Assembly (NCBI GenBank): GCA_963782755.1
Contig: CAWAKR010000012.1
Location: 14,557-78,556, forward strand
DNA length: 64,000 nt
Direction: 5' to 3'
Source of the DNA: Candidatus Acidiferrales bacterium
Lineage (GTDB): Bacteria; Acidobacteriota; Terriglobia; Acidiferrales; UBA7541
Shown: positions 60,122-64,000 of the stretch, one piece after another
How the letters are laid out: the number at the start of each line of letters is the position of its first letter
Numbering within the stretch: the stretch's first letter is position 1
Position numbers and translations under genes: made by a program
The notes under the pieces: model-generated
What the model saw: only the letters and a program-made list of their open reading frames with translations
Told to the model about the DNA's origin: nothing
Database searches by the model: none

Positions 60122-61291
60122 ATGAGCAACCCGATCGCCAAATTGAGTTTCTGGGGTGTGCGTGGATCAACACCCACGGTTGATCCGGCTACGTGGCGGT
60201 ACGGCGGAAACACGCCATGCGTCGAATTGATCGCTCCAGACGGAACACAATTCATCCTGGACTGTGGAACGGGTTTGCGAATGCTTGGCAGCCGTTGGGG
60301 AGCCGCAAACGGGGAACAACCGGGAGAAGCGCATATATTCGTTACCCACTACCATTGGGACCACATTCAGGGGCTGCCGTTTTTTGCGCCGCTCTACTTA
60401 GAAAACAATCATTTTCAGTTTTATAGTTTTCGCTCGAAATTTCTGGGACGCGATTCACTGCGCCAGGTTCTGGAAACACAAATGGCGCTGCCCTACTTTC
60501 CCGTCGACTTCTCGGCAATGAACGCCCAGCGTAAATTCCGGGAAGTGGATGGTGGAGAGAGTTTTAAGGTTGGGGAGAACAAGGTAGTCACAAGGTGGTT
60601 GAACCATCCGCAGGGCTGTCTTGGATTTAGAATTGAAACGCCGGCGGGCACCGTAGTGTATGCAACGGACAATGAACCCGGTGATCCGAAGTTGGACAAG
60701 AACCTGCGCGAATTGGCGGCGGATGCAGATATTTTTATCAATGATGCGCAGTACACCCCAGCACAACTGGCGGGCGACCGTAAGGGATGGGGCCACTCCT
60801 CCTGGCGTGAAGGGGTAAATATAGCGCGGGAGGTGAATGCGAAGACCCTGGTGCTCTTCCACCACGATCCTGACTCCACGGACCGTGTGATCGATGAGAT
60901 TCTGCAACAGGGACGTGAGGAGTTCGATTCTGTGTTTGCTGCGAGCGAAGGCATGGTGATAACGCTTGGAGCGGCAAACGAACCGGTGCAGGCGCACATG
61001 CCGGGATCGCGGACCGCGTTGCGCCGGGAAGCCCAATTTCGGGCAAGCGTGTGCGGAGTAACAGCGGAAGGGCAAAAATTCGAGGAACAGACTCTAGTGC
61101 GGGATCTCTCGTTGCAAGGCGCGTTGATTTCCCTCAAGCATAGCCCGCGGATGCAATCGGAACTGCAGGTAACGATGGAGACGCCGACAGCGGATGGGCT
61201 GCAGGCAATGCAGCTACGAGGGTATGTGGTGCGAATTGAAGAGGGTGCGGAAAAAGGAACTACGGCCGTCGGCGTAGTGTTTACCGACTGA
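60122..61291 (+). CDS. MBL-fold metallo-hydrolase (RNase Z / phosphodiesterase-like) fused to a C-terminal PilZ-like domain
   Basis: FWGVRGS, YGGNT.C, THYHWDH, GWGHS, FHHDP; tail RTALR and DLSLQG. Confidence 0.82.
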   Translation: MSNPIAKLSFWGVRGSTPTVDPATWRYGGNTPCVELIAPDGTQFILDCGTGLRMLGSRWGAANGEQPGEAHIFVTHYHWDHIQGLPFFAPLYLENNHFQFYSFRSKFLGRDSLRQVLETQMALPYFPVDFSAMNAQRKFREVDGGESFKVGENKVVTRWLNHPQGCLGFRIETPAGTVVYATDNEPGDPKLDKNLRELAADADIFINDAQYTPAQLAGDRKGWGHSSWREGVNIAREVNAKTLVLFHHDPDSTDRVIDEILQQGREEFDSVFAASEGMVITLGAANEPVQAHMPGSRTALRREAQFRASVCGVTAEGQKFEEQTLVRDLSLQGALISLKHSPRMQSELQVTMETPTADGLQAMQLRGYVVRIEEGAEKGTTAVGVVFTD

Positions 61292-61327
61292 GATATCGCG
61301 AAACAGCAAGATAGGAATCCCTAAAAG

Positions 61328-61573
61328 TTAAGACAGATCCTGGATCTTTTTGTCGAGGTGCGCCAAGGCTGCTTCCAGAGATTTGCGATGATTCGGGTTG
61401 GTGGCTAACTGCAGATCATTCTGGATGCGAGTGCGCGAGAGTTGCAAATCTCGTTTTTCCGCATCGCGGCGAGCCTGCTCGGCTGTCTTCAGAGCTTTGC
61501 TCTGCGCTTCCATAATCGTCTTCTTTAGTTCTACCTGTGCTTCAACATCCTTGCTTTCCCATCCACGCGCCAT
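61328..61573 (-). CDS. Small hypothetical coiled-coil protein
   Basis: 81-aa ORF MARGWESKDVEAQ... Confidence 0.65.
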   Translation of the reverse strand: MARGWESKDVEAQVELKKTIMEAQSKALKTAEQARRDAEKRDLQLSRTRIQNDLQLATNPNHRKSLEAALAHLDKKIQDLS

Positions 61574-61638
61574 AGACCCTATTTTCGCATAAATAGAGGG
61601 GCAGGACGACGATTCAATTCATAAATCGTGCTTAGGGC

Positions 61639-62298
61639 TTAAGTGGTGGCAGCACGGCGCTTTAGCGGCTCCGGAGTTGCCTGAGGGAGAGCTGCGCGGA
61701 TGGACTCTTCAGCGAGACGGGCGAACCGTTCGGCAAAAAGTCCGTCATAGACGAATTCCGCTTTGTGTTCGGCCCAGCGGATGCGGAGTGACCAGCGCTC
61801 AAACGAGGGGTTCACAGAGAGAGAAGAGATGTCGGTGGCAGGAATCACAAGCAAGGGATCGAAATTCTTGTCCAGTGCCCAGACATGCGTGCTCGAAATA
61901 AAAAGCCGAGCCTGGGTGGGGGGTGCATTTCCGGGCTGATATTCTCCGCCACTCACCATGGTACTGGCGCCGAGTTCTCGGGCTTTGCGGTCTGTGGCCG
62001 ATTCCGACTCCGGGGGCGGCAGGAGGATCGAAGCGACAAAAATAAGCAGACCGCACAGGGGAGCCACAATACCCGTGATCCATCCAATCCAGAAGCTGAG
62101 TGGCAGCACCACCAAAGCAGCGCCAAAACAACCCAGGAGCAGCCGAAAGACAGTCCATGAGTTTTCGCTGCGCTGGAATTTCAGGAGAAGAGGGAATCGG
62201 TGAATCAACAGGAAAGCCGCCGCACCCACATAGTTTCGCAACCGCTGGAGAAAGCCGGTGTCGGCGGTGGTGACAATTGTGTTGGGCGTGGTGCTCAT
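61639..62298 (-). CDS. Hypothetical membrane protein
   Basis: 219-aa ORF with two TM helices and a soluble C-domain. Confidence 0.6.
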   Translation of the reverse strand: MSTTPNTIVTTADTGFLQRLRNYVGAAAFLLIHRFPLLLKFQRSENSWTVFRLLLGCFGAALVVLPLSFWIGWITGIVAPLCGLLIFVASILLPPPESESATDRKARELGASTMVSGGEYQPGNAPPTQARLFISSTHVWALDKNFDPLLVIPATDISSLSVNPSFERWSLRIRWAEHKAEFVYDGLFAERFARLAEESIRAALPQATPEPLKRRAATT

Positions 62299-62355
62299 GA
62301 AATTGACAGGGATATTCTACCCCAGCAGGCAAGCCCCGCTGTAGTTATTACAAGG

Positions 62356-63898
62356 TTAGTTCAGGAGTTCATCGACCGAGCCGCGAGGGCCAAGGAAATA
62401 GCCTGGTCGAGCGCCAGTAGGCTTGCCCGTGTCCCAAACCAGTACACCATTGACGAAGACTTTTTCGATGCCAGTGGAGAGCGTGAATGGGTGCGCAAAA
62501 GTCGACCGATCGATCACCGTGTCCGGATTAAAGAGGACGAGATCAGCGAAAGCGCCTTCGCGAATCACCCCGCGATCCTGCCAATTGAGGCGCTGTGCGG
62601 GCAAGGTAGTCATCTTGCGGATTGCTTCTGGCAGCGTGAGCCAGTGTTTCTCGCGTACGAAAAGGCCGAGAACGCGGGGAAAGGTGCCAGTTCCCACGGG
62701 GATGGGCAGAGTTGATACCGCCATCGCTGGCGACCATGACCCAGGGTTGCTGATAGAAGGCCTTGATGTCGCTCTCGATCATAGATTGGCCGATGACGCT
62801 GGCTTCGGTGTTGGCCTTGTCGCCTTCCCGAACCAATCGAATGTACATATCGACATCGGAGATTTTGTAAGTTTTGGCGAGTTCGGCCACCGTGTGGCCT
62901 TCGTAAGATTTATTTGGAGAAAACTCGGTAATGGTCAGATGAGAGGCACCGCCCAGGTCATCCAGCGCCTTCTTCACGCTTTTCGGATCTTCGTACTGCT
63001 TGTCGGGAACAATCACTTTCAGATTGGAGTGCCAGGCGTCGTAAGGGTAGCAGTCCGCTAGGAAATCGACGCCGCGCTTGCGGGCATCCTCAATCACTTT
63101 GATATACTGCGGAGCCTTTCCCCAAACTCCTACCGTGCCTAATTTGATGTGAGAGTGCTCGATGGGAATGTGGGCCTGTTCGCCGATGGCGATTTCCTCA
63201 TTGAGCGCTTCAAACGATTTGTCGGCTTCGTCTCGAATGTGGGTCATGTAGAAGCCGCCATGCTCAGCGGCAACCTTTGCCATGGCTACGACTTCTTTTG
63301 TCTCGGAATAGCTGCCAACTTCATATTCCAAACCGGAGGAAAGGCCGAGGGCGTGCTGATTCATGGCCTGGCCCATGAGCACTTCCATCTGATGAATCTC
63401 TTCGGGTCTGGCGGAGCGCTTGAAGTCTTTGCCCATGACCTGTTCTCGAATGGTGGCGTGCCCCGCGAGCACACCGACGTTCAGGGAAGCAGGGTTTTGC
63501 TGCATGCCGCGAACCCATCCAACAAGCGGCCAGGGAGAATCGCCGTCGGCACCCACGATCAAGGTTGTGATTCCCTGGGAAATCTGGCTTTCGGCAAGAG
63601 GATCTTTCTGTAATTCGTCCGTGGAGTGGTTGTGAATGTCGATGAAGCCAGGAGCCAGAACGAGCCCTTTGGCATCGAACGTGGGCTCTCCCTTATCAGG
63701 CGCAAGTTCACCAATACCGATGATGCGATTCTGGAAAATGCGGACGTTGGCCTTGTACAGTGGTGCGCCGGTGCCATCGGCCAGCTGAGCATTCACGATC
63801 AAGAGCGAAGAATTTTTTTGCGCTGAGTGCAATGAGAGCAAGGGGAGCACTGCCAAAAATGCCAAGCAACAGAGAGAGGCTATTTTTCGATGCGACAT
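62356..63898 (-). CDS. N-acyl-D-amino-acid deacylase family amidohydrolase (one +1 frameshift near 62691)
   Basis: Signal peptide; APGFIDIHNH, THIRDE, SHIK, ASDG, HPRG / GTFPR, ADLVLF.P, VNG. Confidence 0.87.
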
Positions 63899-64000
63899 GC
63901 GAATGAATTTCCTTTGTATGACCAAATGTTCAAAGATGGCAGAGCCGCAGAACCGAGTAGACGATAACATGAGTCCTCGAATGAAGTCGGGTCCTTCGAA

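Overview
Gene-dense, GC-rich bacterial chromosomal segment. It is most likely Acidobacteriota, inferred from the gene repertoire and intergenic repeats. It holds about 58 protein-coding genes, and I recognised no rRNA, tRNA, CRISPR array, prophage or transposase. In order: sulfur amino-acid genes (cystathionine beta-synthase, YitJ-type HMT/MTHFR); a divergent lipid-modification cluster resembling the furan-fatty-acid ufaD-ufaO-ufaM genes, with paired ECF-like promoters; fabH; a GAF-GGDEF-HD-GYP signalling protein; gltX; a ccdA-tlpA-cyaY-dsbD(N) thiol-redox operon downstream of lptD; a ~22 kb surface-glycan region; and a tail of housekeeping and signalling genes, including an MBL-hydrolase-PilZ fusion and a small Cys-rich protein. 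The glycan region has nucleotide-sugar enzymes, a wecA-like gene, GT4s and a tightly coupled GT4-GT4-transglutaminase-AsnB-carbamoyltransferase-agmatinase operon, which is the best candidate for an undescribed system. At least 13 single-base frameshifts, two of them in essential gltX, point to long-read sequencing errors rather than pseudogenes. Several families of GTAG-type REP-like hairpins lie in intergenic spaces, all in one orientation. All product calls come from motif recognition by eye, without database searches.
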